DNA from: a virus
Taxonomy: Duplodnaviria > Heunggongvirae > Uroviricota > Caudoviricetes
IMG/VR virus record: IMGVR_UViG_2541047830_000012
Direction: 5' to 3' (one strand)
Length of the DNA stretch: 51,169 nt
Of this stretch, positions 32,345-42,897 are shown piece by piece. Positions within the stretch are counted from its first letter, which is position 1, and each line of letters starts with the position of its first letter. The notes under the pieces are model-generated. The model worked only from the letters and a program-made list of their open reading frames with translations, did not search any database and had not been told where the DNA came from. A program made the translations under genes and the position numbers.

Positions 32345-32368
32345 AAAAAGCCCCGCAAATGCGAGGCT
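32345..32368 (-). terminator. Rho-independent terminator downstream of Rz/Rz1
   Basis: Minus strand reads GCCTCGCATTTGCGGGGC followed by TTTTTTAC. Confidence 0.55.
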
Positions 32369-32541
32369 AAATCCTGGTATTTGTAATGACTGGCTCTTAT
32401 CTCAACGCAGCCCCTTACTGCGCGCCAGATGCTCAATATCAAGCATCAGCAATGAGATGTTTAATCTGGATTCACTCCAGAAGTGATCATCACCCTGTCT
32501 ACAGAGCCAGATGTGAAGGATGATGAGTAAAATTATCGCTA

Positions 32542-32979
32542 TCATCGAAGGCATTGCGTCCTGATGTACTCCTGCAGGTAGTTAACCTGCGCGGTTATCC
32601 TGTCGATTCCACTTCGGAGACGGTAATAATTGAGTTCAGCATCTGCTGTAAGTCTTGGGCTTTCTCCATCGCCCATGCTGCTGGATCCGGTCGTTGACTT
32701 TGTACAGGTGGCGGCGACTTGCAGGCGCTTACGCCCAGCAGAAACATCAGCACGGAGACTTTCGATAGTCGCGTTAGCATCAGCAAGTTCCTTTGTATAT
32801 CTTGCGTCGAGTTCTGCTACATCACGTTGACGCTTCTGCATGTCAGCGATGATGGATGTGGCTTTGTCGCGCTGGGCTTTGTAGGCGATGGCGTTATCCC
32901 GGTAATGATTAACAGCCCATGACAGGCAGACGATGATGCAGATAACCAGAGCGGAGATAATCGCGGTGACTCTGCTCAT
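32542..32979 (-). CDS. Spanin inner-membrane subunit Rz
   Basis: 145 aa with N-terminal TM helix and coiled coil; overlaps endolysin stop. Confidence 0.8.
   Translation of the reverse strand: MSRVTAIISALVICIIVCLSWAVNHYRDNAIAYKAQRDKATSIIADMQKRQRDVAELDARYTKELADANATIESLRADVSAGRKRLQVAATCTKSTTGSSSMGDGESPRLTADAELNYYRLRSGIDRITAQVNYLQEYIRTQCLR
32595..32786 (-). CDS. Spanin outer-membrane lipoprotein Rz1 (embedded in Rz, +1 frame)
   Basis: Lipobox LLGVSAC and Pro-rich mature part, wholly inside Rz. Confidence 0.7.
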   Translation of the reverse strand: MLMLTRLSKVSVLMFLLGVSACKSPPPVQSQRPDPAAWAMEKAQDLQQMLNSIITVSEVESTG

Positions 32980-33452
32980 ACCTCAATCTCTCTGACCGTT
33001 CCGCCTGCTTCTTTGAATTTTGCAATCAGGCTGTCAGCCTTATGCTCGAACTGACCATAACCAGCGCCCGGCAGTGAAGCCCAGATATTGCTGCAACGGT
33101 CAATTGCCTGACGAATATCACCACGATCAATCATCGGCAAAGCGCCACGCTCTTTAATCTGCTGCAATGCCACTGCGTCCTGGCTTTTGGGAGAGAAGTC
33201 TTTCAGGCCAAGTTGCTTGCGGTAGGCATCCCACCAACGTGAAAGAAGCTGGTAACGTCCGGCTGCTGTTGATTTGAGTTTGGGGTTTAGCGTGACAAGT
33301 TTGCGAGGGTGATCGGAGTAATCAGTGAATAGCTCTCCGCCAACAATGACGTCATAACCATGATTTCTGGTTTTCTGCCGTCCGTTATCAGTTCCCTCTG
33401 ACCACGCCAGCATATCGAGGAACGCCTTACGTTGATTATTGATTTCCACCAT
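32976..33452 (-). CDS. R: Endolysin R (lambda-type lytic transglycosylase)
   Basis: Translation [53 protein letters not shown]… is near-identical to lambda R as recalled. Confidence 0.9.
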   Translation of the reverse strand: MVEINNQRKAFLDMLAWSEGTDNGRQKTRNHGYDVIVGGELFTDYSDHPRKLVTLNPKLKSTAAGRYQLLSRWWDAYRKQLGLKDFSPKSQDAVALQQIKERGALPMIDRGDIRQAIDRCSNIWASLPGAGYGQFEHKADSLIAKFKEAGGTVREIEV

Positions 33453-33759
33453 CTTCTACTCCGGCTTTTTTAGCAGCGAAGCGTTTGATAAGCGAACCAA
33501 TCGAGTCAGTACCGATGTAGCCGATGAACACGCTCGTTATATAAGCGAGATTGCTACTTAGTCCGGCGAAGTCGAGAAGGTCACGAATGAACCAGGCGAT
33601 AATGGCGCACATCGTTGCGTCGATTACTGTTTTTGTAAACGCACCGCCATTATATCTGCCGCGAAGGTACGCCATTGCAAACGCAAGGATTGCCCCGATG
33701 CCTTGTTCCTTTGCCGCGAGAATGGCGGCTAACAGGTCATGTTTTTCTGGCATCTTCAT
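33436..33759 (-). CDS. S: Holin S (lambda S107/S105 dual-start)
   Basis: [44 protein letters not shown]… matches lambda S as recalled. Confidence 0.9.
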   Translation of the reverse strand: MKMPEKHDLLAAILAAKEQGIGAILAFAMAYLRGRYNGGAFTKTVIDATMCAIIAWFIRDLLDFAGLSSNLAYITSVFIGYIGTDSIGSLIKRFAAKKAGVEDGGNQ

Positions 33760-34206
33760 GTCTTACCCCCAATAAGGGGATTTGCTCTATTTAATTAGGA
33801 ATAAGGTCGATTACTGATAGAACAAATCCAGGCTACTGTGTTTAGTAATCAGATTTGTTCGTGACCGATATGCACGGGCAAAACGGCAGGAGGTTGTTAG
33901 CGCAACCTCATGCCACCCGCTTTCACGAAGGTCATGTGTAGAAGGCCGCAGCATAACTATCACTGATGAATTCAGGACAGCCAGTGGCTACGGCTCAGTT
34001 TGGGTTGTGGCGGCCGGAATCGAACCGGCTTCCATCGGTGCGCTGCCGATTGCAGTACGCGCGGCGGTCAGCTACATGACTAGTATTTTCACTATCGCCT
34101 ATCTGCTAGCTCGCCATTGAGCTTCACCACAACGATAAGAGCACTGCGCGGCACCTTTCGCCAATTCCGCGAGGTCTGCGGGTTCAATGCTCTTACCTGT
34201 TGTGCA

Positions 34207-34250
34207 AATAAAAAAGCCACCGTTGCAACTTAAGAGTCACTAACGGCAGC
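34207..34250 (-). terminator. tR'-like terminator of the short late leader transcript
   Basis: Minus strand 9-bp stem with two G-U pairs (GCTGCCGTT…AACGGTGGC) followed by TTTTTTATTT; flanking sequence resembles the lambda tR' region as recalled. Confidence 0.5.
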
Positions 34251-34260
34251 TTACCTTCTA

Positions 34261-34290
34261 ATTATGGCTAAATGGCTAATTGCATGTCAA
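34261..34290 (-). promoter_or_regulatory. Candidate late promoter pR' (Q-modified)
   Basis: Minus strand TTGACA, 18-nt spacer, CATAAT, overlapping the Q stop; placement is tentative because the terminator lies only about 40 nt downstream. Confidence 0.35.
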
Positions 34291-34786
34291 GGCTTTTAAC
34301 AGCAACATGCTTAACTTTCTCAACACGTTTACGCATTTTGAAAGCATTTTGCATCGGCTGGTATAAAACAAATAATGACGCTTTCAGGATGTCGTCAATT
34401 TCGTTTCTACAGGTTGCCAGTGAAGGTTTTCTCCATCCCTCGCCACCACGTCCACACATCTTGCGTGGCTTTGCAGTCGCGTGATAGTAGGATGCAATTG
34501 CTCGCTTAGATGAACCATGAGCGTAGTAGCTGAGGAGGATGCCAAAGGCTTTTTTGTCAATGTACATGACGGAATCGACGACCTGAGAAATCAACATTCC
34601 ATCATCATCATTGCACATCGGCCTTGTCATAACTCTTCCCGGCTCTACGCTCTCCATGAACTTCGCTATTACGCTGCTCATGCGCTTTTCCAGGCGACCT
34701 GAATAAACCCATGCGCCCCACAGTTCAAGCCAGCCATTCAGCCACTCGTGCTGCTCTTTGGTGAGGTTTAGTTCTCTTATGCTCAT
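34268..34786 (-). CDS. Late antiterminator Q (QuuD / phage-82-type, not lambda-type)
   Basis: Residues …LWGAWV…RPMCNDDDGMLIS…AFGILLSYYAHG… resemble the DLP12 QuuD family as recalled; sits immediately upstream of pR' and S. Confidence 0.7.
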   Translation of the reverse strand: MSIRELNLTKEQHEWLNGWLELWGAWVYSGRLEKRMSSVIAKFMESVEPGRVMTRPMCNDDDGMLISQVVDSVMYIDKKAFGILLSYYAHGSSKRAIASYYHATAKPRKMCGRGGEGWRKPSLATCRNEIDDILKASLFVLYQPMQNAFKMRKRVEKVKHVAVKSLDMQLAI

Positions 34787-34971
34787 CGTCTACCCCTCTT
34801 GCCCTGTTTGACCATCAGGACGCCGTTAACTATTACGTGACGCTCGCCTTTGCTGTCTCGGTTGTACTTGAGCACTGTTCCTCTTGCGCAGGAAAGCATC
34901 CTCGCCACTTCGGTCTGATTGCCTCGTGTCTGGATAAGAAGCTCTGGTATCGTTTGAATTGTGGCGTTCAT
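34783..34971 (-). CDS. ninH: NinH
   Basis: …TIPELLIQTRGNQTEVARMLSCARGTVLKY… resembles lambda NinH as recalled. Confidence 0.75.
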   Translation of the reverse strand: MNATIQTIPELLIQTRGNQTEVARMLSCARGTVLKYNRDSKGERHVIVNGVLMVKQGKRGRR

Positions 34972-35330
34972 ACGTTCTCCAGTTCGGTGATTTTTATTCC
35001 AAGCCTTCCGCCTGGTACTTTCACGCCACGAATTACGCGAATGTCATCGAATTGCTCGTCGTCTTCCGCAAATCCGGCGTGGATAAGGGAGTCGAGTAAA
35101 CCTTTCAGGATGTTATCGAGGTCGCGGCGGCGGGAGTCTGGAACGTCTGCGATGACTTTGATGCGGAGTCGTGATTTGGTGAAAATGTCTAACTTAAGTT
35201 GGCGGATGATTTGCTGAACGTCTTTTCGGTATTTCTGGCCTTTATCGCTGATGTAGTATTGGCTTCCCCGTCTTCGCCAGTAGGTATTCACCGACGGCGG
35301 GTATGGAAGCACAAACTGATATTCGTTCAT
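34968..35330 (-). CDS. rusA: Holliday junction resolvase RusA
   Basis: 120 aa; …RRRDLDNILKGLLDSL… typical of RusA; nin-region position. Confidence 0.8.
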   Translation of the reverse strand: MNEYQFVLPYPPSVNTYWRRRGSQYYISDKGQKYRKDVQQIIRQLKLDIFTKSRLRIKVIADVPDSRRRDLDNILKGLLDSLIHAGFAEDDEQFDDIRVIRGVKVPGGRLGIKITELENV

Positions 35331-35617
35331 GGCTTAATCTTTCCCTCCTTCAGCAGTATCGCCTGCGTCCTGATCACGCCTTCGAGGTGGTAAAGTCTGG
35401 CGTCTTTGTTGTCGAGATTATGGGTGCGTCGGTCGATTTCATCGTGACACGCGCTACAAGCCCATGCGCCGATCAGGTCGTCAGGCTTCATTCCAGTTCC
35501 GCAAATTCCAGCCATCCGGTAATGTGCCAGAACTGTAGTTTCAGGATTACCATTGCATACGCCGTAAATACGTACCTGGCATTCTCTGCCGCGCGCTTCT
35601 TTGCGTAGGTTAGCCAT
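35327..35617 (-). CDS. DUF1364 / YbcO-like nin-region protein (putative nuclease)
   Basis: MANLRKEARGRECQVRIYGVCNGNPETTVLAHYR… resembles DLP12 YbcO as recalled; Cys-rich. Confidence 0.7.
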   Translation of the reverse strand: MANLRKEARGRECQVRIYGVCNGNPETTVLAHYRMAGICGTGMKPDDLIGAWACSACHDEIDRRTHNLDNKDARLYHLEGVIRTQAILLKEGKIKP

Positions 35618-35822
35618 TTACCTTCCCTCGCAATTGAAGAATTGACTGAAGGTCTTTTTTAATAAATATGCGAGTGCGAATTGAGCAGTAGTTTTCCTTC
35701 ATTCTGGCGTAGTAATAGTCTTTTCTTTGCTTAAGCTTGTTGGCATCCGCTGTCATCCAGTCTTTTACAGCAAACTTAATTAACCAGCGGTGGCAGAGAT
35801 ACCATTTCAGGTAATCATTCAT
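35610..35822 (-). CDS. Hypothetical nin-region protein
   Basis: 70-aa ORF whose start overlaps the ninF stop. Confidence 0.45.
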   Translation of the reverse strand: MNDYLKWYLCHRWLIKFAVKDWMTADANKLKQRKDYYYARMKENYCSIRTRIFIKKDLQSILQLRGKVNG

Positions 35823-35991
35823 CGTCTTCTTCCTCGTACATTGAGCTATTCGGATCGCTCATCAGTTCTGCGCAGCAGTGCTCACACACGTGAACTTCCA
35901 GCACATGCAGCTTCTGACCGCAGTTAGCGCACGTTAAAGCTCGCTCGACACTTTCTTTCTGGTATTGAAGGGATTGGGATGGGCTAAGCAT
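35815..35991 (-). CDS. ninF: NinF
   Basis: Not in the supplied ORF track (under 60 aa); minus-strand translation [58 protein letters not shown] matches lambda NinF as recalled. Confidence 0.8.
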   Translation of the reverse strand: MLSPSQSLQYQKESVERALTCANCGQKLHVLEVHVCEHCCAELMSDPNSSMYEEEDDE

Positions 35992-36358
35992 TATTGGCGT
36001 CCTGCATCATGAGAAAGACAATCATGGCAGCGCGGAGTGGGTTGTCATCAAGAGTAATATGCTCACCAAAGCTATCAGCCTCCCACCATGACACTGCTTT
36101 CATGCCAGGGTTTGCTCGCTTGTATGCACATACGCTGATCATGTTTTCCATGATAATCGGCCATGCGTCTGCCGGGTTGTTGCAGTAGTCAGCTGCCGCT
36201 ATGCAGATATATTCAGAATTAACTTCTGCAACAATCGTTACTCCTTCCTTGCTAGGGAGATTTCTGGCAACAAATAGACCATTCCTGTCTTTATAAATAA
36301 CCTCTGCTACTCGCTTGTTAATTTCAAAATCACTTAACTTTGAATAATCCATTGTCAT
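35984..36358 (-). CDS. Hypothetical nin-region protein (124 aa)
   Basis: Start ATG overlaps the ninE stop (ATGA). Confidence 0.55.
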   Translation of the reverse strand: MTMDYSKLSDFEINKRVAEVIYKDRNGLFVARNLPSKEGVTIVAEVNSEYICIAAADYCNNPADAWPIIMENMISVCAYKRANPGMKAVSWWEADSFGEHITLDDNPLRAAMIVFLMMQDANNA

Positions 36359-36531
36359 TTCCTCGCACGATGTCTTAGCCACCGGATATCCCACAGGTGA
36401 GCCGTATAATTGAAGGTTTTTACGTCAGATTCTTTTGGGATTGGCTTGCGTTTATTTCTGGAGCGTTTCGTTGGAAGGTATTTGCAGTTTTCGCAGATTA
36501 TGTCGGTGAAACTTCGTCGCTGTCGTCTCAT
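36355..36531 (-). CDS. ninE: NinE
   Basis: [58 protein letters not shown] matches lambda NinE as recalled. Confidence 0.85.
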   Translation of the reverse strand: MRRQRRSFTDIICENCKYLPTKRSRNKRKPIPKESDVKTFNYTAHLWDIRWLRHRARK

Positions 36532-36938
36532 TCGTACCTCCTGTCGGTAAATCTGACACCCTGACCAATAGCCCATGCTGTCGTGTACTCAATCAGACTT
36601 GCCATACGCTTCACGCTCATCTGCGCGCTGCTTTCGCGAATGTTGACGTATTCGCCTTCAAGGCCGGGCAAAACATCAGCTTCCTGTTTTGTTGCCACTG
36701 CATGACCGCTGATCAACAAAACCTTCCATTGTTCTGGTTTTAACCATTTATCGCGCCACTGAACTTGCCTAGCGATATCTGCGACCATCGCGTGAAATTT
36801 TGCGTTCTGGTCAAGGTTGCGCTTGTAGTCAGTAATGCGGATGGTGACTGGCTTGTCTTTATCGAGAGGAGTTGAGAGGATGGCATTTATTGCGGCTTGC
36901 TGTTGTTGCTTACTTCGGAGGAAGATTGTTTGCTTCAT
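36528..36938 (-). CDS. ninB: NinB (Orf-family recombination mediator)
   Basis: …[20 protein letters not shown]…[16 protein letters not shown]… aligns with lambda NinB as recalled; start taken at MKQTIFL. Confidence 0.75.
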   Translation of the reverse strand: MKQTIFLRSKQQQQAAINAILSTPLDKDKPVTIRITDYKRNLDQNAKFHAMVADIARQVQWRDKWLKPEQWKVLLISGHAVATKQEADVLPGLEGEYVNIRESSAQMSVKRMASLIEYTTAWAIGQGVRFTDRRYE

Positions 36939-36940
36939 CG

Positions 36941-37207
36941 TTACTCCTTCACTTTGACTCCAGCAGCGCGAATCCGTCCTTCGCATTCACTAATTGCGTC
37001 GTTATAACCAAATGTGACCCCATCCTCGAAATCGGTAGAAAATGCCTCACGCTCTCTTTTTCCAGGACACTCAATCTCGATAGCTGCTCGCGATGCCTGC
37101 CACGCTTGCCAATACATCTCAACCATATTGGCGTATATTTTATTTTTAGGATCACATCCGGTGTAATTTTCAAACCATTCTTCAAACTGCTTTCTTGATT
37201 CGTCCAT
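36941..37207 (-). CDS. Hypothetical early protein
   Basis: 88-aa ORF immediately upstream of ninB. Confidence 0.45.
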   Translation of the reverse strand: MDESRKQFEEWFENYTGCDPKNKIYANMVEMYWQAWQASRAAIEIECPGKREREAFSTDFEDGVTFGYNDAISECEGRIRAAGVKVKE

Positions 37208-37218
37208 ATCAATCCCCG

Positions 37219-37419
37219 TTATGACAGGTTAATTTTCACCCAACCCTTCCCACGCACATTTGCAACAAGCCCTTTCTTTCTCAGGTATTGCATACGGCGA
37301 TCGATGGTTTCGATATACATTCCATTGCTCCGCCATTTAAGCCAGATATCAAAAACAGGTGTTGGTCTTTCACTCAGCATTGAAAGAATGTTTTGATCTA
37401 ATTTTTCGTACTTGCTCAC
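37219..37419 (-). CDS. Hypothetical early protein
   Basis: 66-aa ORF overlapping the upstream gene stop. Confidence 0.4.
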   Translation of the reverse strand: MSKYEKLDQNILSMLSERPTPVFDIWLKWRSNGMYIETIDRRMQYLRKKGLVANVRGKGWVKINLS

Positions 37420-37742
37420 AAATACCCTCTCTCACTTAATCGCGCCCACGCTTCGTTAAACTCTTCTCGGGTTGCGCCGGATTTTCTTTCTTCAAACATC
37501 ATGCATTCGCTGATGTCTCCCCATGACTTTGGTCGCTTTTCAGCGAACAGATCATCCCATTCGAATACCCAGCGGCCTGATTTCCGGTAGTGGTAAATGG
37601 TCAGCCATGTTGTGCTGTTCGCTGGATACCCATAGAGAACTTCGACTTTTTGATCACGGTCTTTATGCTTCTTCAGCAGGATAAAGCCAGCAACCAGCGA
37701 AGCTCCGGCAAGAATGATGATTGGAATTTGCCAGTCAGCCAC
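37416..37742 (-). CDS. Hypothetical membrane-anchored protein
   Basis: 108 aa with N-terminal hydrophobic helix (IPIIILAGASLVAGFILL). Confidence 0.45.
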   Translation of the reverse strand: MADWQIPIIILAGASLVAGFILLKKHKDRDQKVEVLYGYPANSTTWLTIYHYRKSGRWVFEWDDLFAEKRPKSWGDISECMMFEERKSGATREEFNEAWARLSERGYL

Positions 37743-37814
37743 ACTTCCCTCTCCCCCAAATAAAAAGGCCTGCGATTACCAGCAGGCCTGTTACAAGCTC
37801 AGTGATGTAGATGG

Positions 37815-39191
37815 TCATACGTCAGCCCCTTGTGCATATCGTCTGCCACGTGCAGCGGGTGCATTTGATGTTGTGCAAATCTGTCTGGCTTCATCCTGGT
37901 CACATGCAACAAAGTGTCCGTTGCAGAACCGCTGGTAAACCGTACCAAGCGAGCCAAAGCGGTTTTTCGTCACGATGATTTCAGCAAATGGCGCGGCGCT
38001 ACTGTTCTCGTCATATACCGCTTCCCGATAGAGCATGATGATTGAGTCTGCGTCCTGCTCAATGCTTCCTGAATCACGCAAATCTGCGTTTGTCGGGCGT
38101 TTGTTTGGTCGCTTCTCAACATCGCGCGAAAGCTGACTCAGGGAGATAACAGGCGTTTTCAGGTCTTTCGCCATCGCCTTCAGGCTTCCGGAGATGTGAG
38201 CAATTGCGAGGTCGTTCCGGTCTGCTTTCGGCTTCTCAATCAGGCCAAGATAATCCGCCATGATGAGTGACAGATTTGGATTTTCCTGTTTATGCCGTTC
38301 TGCGATTGAGCGTATTTCTTCGACCGATAACCGCGAGGCATCGACTACCCATACATCCAAATCTGCAAGCTGACTCATGCCGTTAGCAACACGCGCCCAG
38401 CCTTCGTCATCCATCGATGCAGGATTTCGCAGTACGCTAACCGACATCCTCCCGGCGTTGGCAATGCTTCGCTCTGCAATCTGCAATGCGCTCATTTCCA
38501 TTGAGAAAATCAATACCCCGCGCCGGACGTCAGAACCAGGAATAACGCGGCTTGCAACGCCTTCGGCAATCTTCAGCGCCAGTTCGGTTTTCCCCATACC
38601 AGGACGAGCAGCGATTATCACCAGGTCTTCTGCGTTCATCCCTCCGGTGATAGCGTCAAGTTCTTCGATTCCGGTCTTCAGGGTATCTGACTCTTCTCCG
38701 TTCCTCAGACGCCTGTCAAGCGTGTCAGTGTAGTCAGTGATGATTTCCCCTAACCGTACAGGTTTAACCTCGTCACGGGGCTTTCTGATGGCTGAAAGAC
38801 GCTTTACAAGCTCGTCCATCGCCTGACTCGATGTATCGATGGTTCCGCTCTGAATTGGTTCACGCATTTCATCCATGATTTCCAGCACCAGACGGCGGTG
38901 ATAGTTATCCGCGACCATTCCGGCATATCCCTTCAGGTTTGCGGCGCTCGGGCAGTTTTTGCTGGTCATCAGGATTGACGTGAAATGCTCCTCTCCGCAC
39001 GCCTCGGCAACCATCAGCGCGTCGATTAGGTTTCTGTTTCTCGCCTGCTTGCGGATAACCTCGAAGGCTTTCCGGTAGAGCGGAATTGAAAACGCTTCCG
39101 GCTCAAGCGTTGCCAGAACGTCACTGGCAGTTGGTGTTAATCCACCAATCAGCAGGCCACCGATAACGCTCGCTTCGATATCCTGTCTCAT
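37815..39191 (-). CDS. Replicative DNA helicase (DnaB family, P22 gene 12-like)
   Basis: 458 aa; Walker [10 protein letters not shown]; DnaB-like N- and C-terminal regions; overlaps initiator gene stop. Confidence 0.85.
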   Translation of the reverse strand: MRQDIEASVIGGLLIGGLTPTASDVLATLEPEAFSIPLYRKAFEVIRKQARNRNLIDALMVAEACGEEHFTSILMTSKNCPSAANLKGYAGMVADNYHRRLVLEIMDEMREPIQSGTIDTSSQAMDELVKRLSAIRKPRDEVKPVRLGEIITDYTDTLDRRLRNGEESDTLKTGIEELDAITGGMNAEDLVIIAARPGMGKTELALKIAEGVASRVIPGSDVRRGVLIFSMEMSALQIAERSIANAGRMSVSVLRNPASMDDEGWARVANGMSQLADLDVWVVDASRLSVEEIRSIAERHKQENPNLSLIMADYLGLIEKPKADRNDLAIAHISGSLKAMAKDLKTPVISLSQLSRDVEKRPNKRPTNADLRDSGSIEQDADSIIMLYREAVYDENSSAAPFAEIIVTKNRFGSLGTVYQRFCNGHFVACDQDEARQICTTSNAPAARGRRYAQGADV

Positions 39192-40135
39192 GCAATCCCC
39201 CTGTCTGCAAACTTCCCTTCCCGTACTCCCGTTAACGAATCTTCCCTCAACAGGTAATCAAAATCAGCCGTCCAGCCCGTGTCGTTGTCTCCGAAGTAAA
39301 ACGGCTTGGCCTGATGCACAAACGCCCTGACATACGCTCTGAAACCGTCCACGTTTGGCGTTTTCAGTTGCGGGATGATTTTCTTCAGGCGGCGTTTGCG
39401 TTTCTCGTTGACCGCAACAGCGTGTGGCAGTCTGTCACCGACTTCGGTGTTGTAGGCGTTCAGGAAGGATTCGTAGTCGATTCGTTCTGCCTTGCGACGT
39501 TCAGGTTTAACCTGCCCATCACCTCCCCCATTGGGGGGTAGGGGGGTATTATTTATATTCTTGTTAATACCTTCTTGTTCATGATGTGCGGTTGTTTGTG
39601 CGGCTTCATGTGCGCTTTCATGTGCGGCATGTACGCTGAAAGCCGCGCCATTACTGGCTTCATCATGTGCGGCGTCATGTGCGGTTGTTTGTGCGGCTTC
39701 ATGTGCGGGTGAATTGTCCATTTTTTGAGCATATTCATGGTAATTTGTGATGGTGATCACACGACCTTTTTGCTTCTCTCCATCAATGGAGATCATCCCC
39801 TCTTTCACAAAAACCTGAAGCATCCGCTCAACCTGATCACGGCTTGCTGGCTTGCCATGCCTGTCGCATAACTGAAGACCTAAATCAGCTGCTGTCACAA
39901 CCAGTTGACCGGGTTGCAGATGCCATTCATGACCTTTGAAATTCGCTTTGTATGGCTTTCTGGCGGCATTCAGGAGAAGGTTTTCCCACAGGGTGCGAAG
40001 ATAAACATCTTTCGACCATGACTGTTTCAGAATGCTCCGGTACAACGGAATGTAACCAGTTTTCTGGTTCTCCATCCTGTTGCTCCTGCGCTCGTGTGCG
40101 GCGCTGAAATCGTAGATTTTTGCTGTATTGCTCAT
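39188..40135 (-). CDS. Replication initiation protein (lambda O / P22 gp18-like) containing origin iterons
   Basis: 315 aa; internal HEAAQTTAH-type peptide repeats encoded by DNA iterons; position between cII and the helicase. Confidence 0.75.
   Translation of the reverse strand: MSNTAKIYDFSAAHERRSNRMENQKTGYIPLYRSILKQSWSKDVYLRTLWENLLLNAARKPYKANFKGHEWHLQPGQLVVTAADLGLQLCDRHGKPASRDQVERMLQVFVKEGMISIDGEKQKGRVITITNYHEYAQKMDNSPAHEAAQTTAHDAAHDEASNGAAFSVHAAHESAHEAAQTTAHHEQEGINKNINNTPLPPNGGGDGQVKPERRKAERIDYESFLNAYNTEVGDRLPHAVAVNEKRKRRLKKIIPQLKTPNVDGFRAYVRAFVHQAKPFYFGDNDTGWTADFDYLLREDSLTGVREGKFADRGIA
39585..39710. repeat. Replication-origin iterons inside the initiator gene, with adjacent AT-rich segment
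   Basis: About eight direct copies of (T/C)ATGTGCGG / TTTGTGCGG spaced roughly 10-11 bp, followed by an AT-rich stretch near 39715-39760. Confidence 0.65.
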
Positions 40136-40137
40136 AA

Positions 40138-40410
40138 CTACCTGCCTTGACGAAAGACCTTAAGAACATCGTTAAACTGACTTACGGATATGTCTTCTTT
40201 GAGCAGCTTTTCCAGAAATGCGTTTGGAATGAACGTATATCCATCCTCTTTTGGTAGAGACGGGAGCAACGCCCTCGCCTCAGCCTTCAGAAGCTCAGTT
40301 CTGGCAACTTTCACAAAAGAGATTTGAGTTCTTTCATCAATGGAACGAAGGAAGCGCAAACGCTTAGCTTCTTTGTGTGTATCAGGTGGATTAAAGCCTT
40401 TGTTTCGCAT
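40138..40410 (-). CDS. Hypothetical protein between cII and the initiator
   Basis: 90-aa ORF from internal ATG 40410 with GAGGT RBS. Confidence 0.5.
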   Translation of the reverse strand: MRNKGFNPPDTHKEAKRLRFLRSIDERTQISFVKVARTELLKAEARALLPSLPKEDGYTFIPNAFLEKLLKEDISVSQFNDVLKVFRQGR

Positions 40411-40432
40411 ATAATTACCTCGTTGGATGTTG

Positions 40433-40726
40433 TTAAAATTCCATTTGTATTTGATCAGAACGCTCGGTTGCCGCCGGGCGTTTTTTATTGGTGAGAATCG
40501 AAGCAACTTGTCGTGCCAATCGAGCCATGTCGTCGTCGACGACACCCCATTCAAGAACAGCAAGCAGCATTGAGAACTTTGGAATCCAGTCCCTCTTCCA
40601 CCTGCTGATCTGCGACTTATCAACTCCCACAGCTTCCGCTGTCTTCTCAGTTCCAAGCATTGCGATTTTGTTAAGCAACGCACTCTCGATTCGTAGAGCC
40701 TCGTTGCGTTTGTTTGCACGAACCAT
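40433..40726 (-). CDS. cII: Transcriptional activator CII
   Basis: MVRANKRNEALRIESALLNKIAMLGTEKTAEAVGVDKSQISRWKRDWIPKFSMLLAVLEWGVVDDDMARLARQVA… matches lambda CII as recalled. Confidence 0.9.
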   Translation of the reverse strand: MVRANKRNEALRIESALLNKIAMLGTEKTAEAVGVDKSQISRWKRDWIPKFSMLLAVLEWGVVDDDMARLARQVASILTNKKRPAATERSDQIQMEF

Positions 40727-40844
40727 ATGTAAGTATTTCCTTAGATAACAATTGATTGAATGTATGCAAATAAATGCATACACCATAGGTGTGGTTTAAT
40801 TTGATGCCCTTTTTCAGGGCTGGGATGTGTAAGAGCGGGGTTAT

Positions 40845-41054
<210 letters not shown>

Positions 41055-41071
41055 TTAGTACATGCAACTAT

Positions 41072-41135
41072 TATCACCGCTAGAGGTAAAATAGTCAACA
41101 CGCACGGTGTTAGATATTTATCCCTTGCGGTGATA
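41072..41135. promoter_or_regulatory. Right operator OR1-OR2-OR3 with divergent pR and pRM
   Basis: OR1 TATCACCGCTAGAGGTA (41072-41088), OR2 CAACACGCACGGTGTTA (41096-41112), OR3 TATCCCTTGCGGTGATA (41119-41135); match lambda operators as recalled, with one mismatch in OR1. Confidence 0.85.
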
Positions 41136-41142
41136 GATTTAA

Positions 41143-41859
<717 letters not shown>

Positions 41860-41977
41860 CCACAATACAACCTTGTTGTCGCAAAAAGATCGCATATGCG
41901 ATTGTTTATTAGAAATAGAAATCGCCATATAGGCGAATAGTCGATCTCAGTGCATAACATAAGGAAATCAATAACAT

Positions 41978-42883
41978 ATGCCAAATTTACCGATGGGCGG
42001 ATCGCAGGGTGAATTACCCTTAGTACCTACAGTAGAAGTTGTTGCTGATGGCATTCCTATGGGGGTGCTTAATGATGGAACCCCTTATCTAACTCTTTAC
42101 GGTTTAGCCAAATTATGTGGCATAGATGAAGCACCTCTTCGAATGTTTACATCTAACTGGGAGACTGAAAAAAATAAGCCAAGAGGACAAAAAGTAGCTG
42201 CATACTTAGCTGAGAAAGGATTTAACAACGTTGACCGACTGTATACCCGCGTCATAAATAGCTCAAACGTTGAAACACATGCTTATCCTGACTATGTTTG
42301 TATGGCTATCCTCCGTTACTACGCTCTAGATGCCACCAATTTTGATAGGTCAGTCGCAATAGGTAATTTTGTTCGCTTGGCTGAGTACACGCTTAAGCGA
42401 ATGATTTATGAAAAGTCAAATTACAACCCAAATGCTTCAATAGATATCTCATTCGAGAACTATAGAGCAAGGATTAAGCTAAACGATCAGATACCGACAA
42501 CTCATTTTGCAGTATTCAGAGAGATAGCTGACATTGCCATGAACCTGATCGGAGGAGGATTCCCAATGGATGACACCACATCTTTGGATGGAAGTGTTGG
42601 AATTCACTGGGGAAAGTATTGGACAGCTAATGGGCTATCTGAGAAATTCGGGGAAAGGGTGCAGTACCCACATCTATTCCCCGAAAATTACAGGCAGTCA
42701 GCTGCAAATAAGCATATAAAAGCTTGGATTTATCCTATTGAGGCACTTGGCGTGTTCAGAAAATGGCTACACGATAATTACGCAATGGAAAAACTGCCAA
42801 ATTACCTTGGGAACAAAAAGATTAGTAATGCCTCCGAGCTATTAGAGTTGATAAAAAAACCAGCACTCCCAAATAAGCATTGA
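41978..42883 (+). CDS. Uncharacterised 301-aa protein occupying the rexA-rexB position
   Basis: AAGGAAA RBS; AT-rich coding sequence; palindromes upstream and a GC hairpin terminator downstream; N-terminal segment IPMGVLNDGTPYLTLYGLAKLCGI weakly resembles Bro-N/KilA-N/antirepressor N-terminal DNA-binding motifs; rest unrecognised. Confidence 0.7.
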   Translation: MPNLPMGGSQGELPLVPTVEVVADGIPMGVLNDGTPYLTLYGLAKLCGIDEAPLRMFTSNWETEKNKPRGQKVAAYLAEKGFNNVDRLYTRVINSSNVETHAYPDYVCMAILRYYALDATNFDRSVAIGNFVRLAEYTLKRMIYEKSNYNPNASIDISFENYRARIKLNDQIPTTHFAVFREIADIAMNLIGGGFPMDDTTSLDGSVGIHWGKYWTANGLSEKFGERVQYPHLFPENYRQSAANKHIKAWIYPIEALGVFRKWLHDNYAMEKLPNYLGNKKISNASELLELIKKPALPNKH

Positions 42884-42897
42884 TCTCCACCACAACC

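Noticed and set aside
33995-34075. Possible tRNA gene on the minus strand (T-arm GCCGGTTCGATTCCGGC)
   Set aside because: No complementary 5' acceptor strand, non-canonical anticodon loop (A33, C37) and no CCA end. Kept as a remnant in findings, not called as tRNA.
39585-39710. Short direct repeats that could suggest a CRISPR array
   Set aside because: Repeats are 9-11 bp, lie inside a coding gene and have no spacer structure; they are replication-origin iterons.
41889-41937. Two palindromes downstream of cI as possible extra CI/Cro operators
   Set aside because: Sequences do not resemble the 17-bp lambda operator consensus; more likely a cI terminator or regulatory hairpins for the downstream cargo gene.
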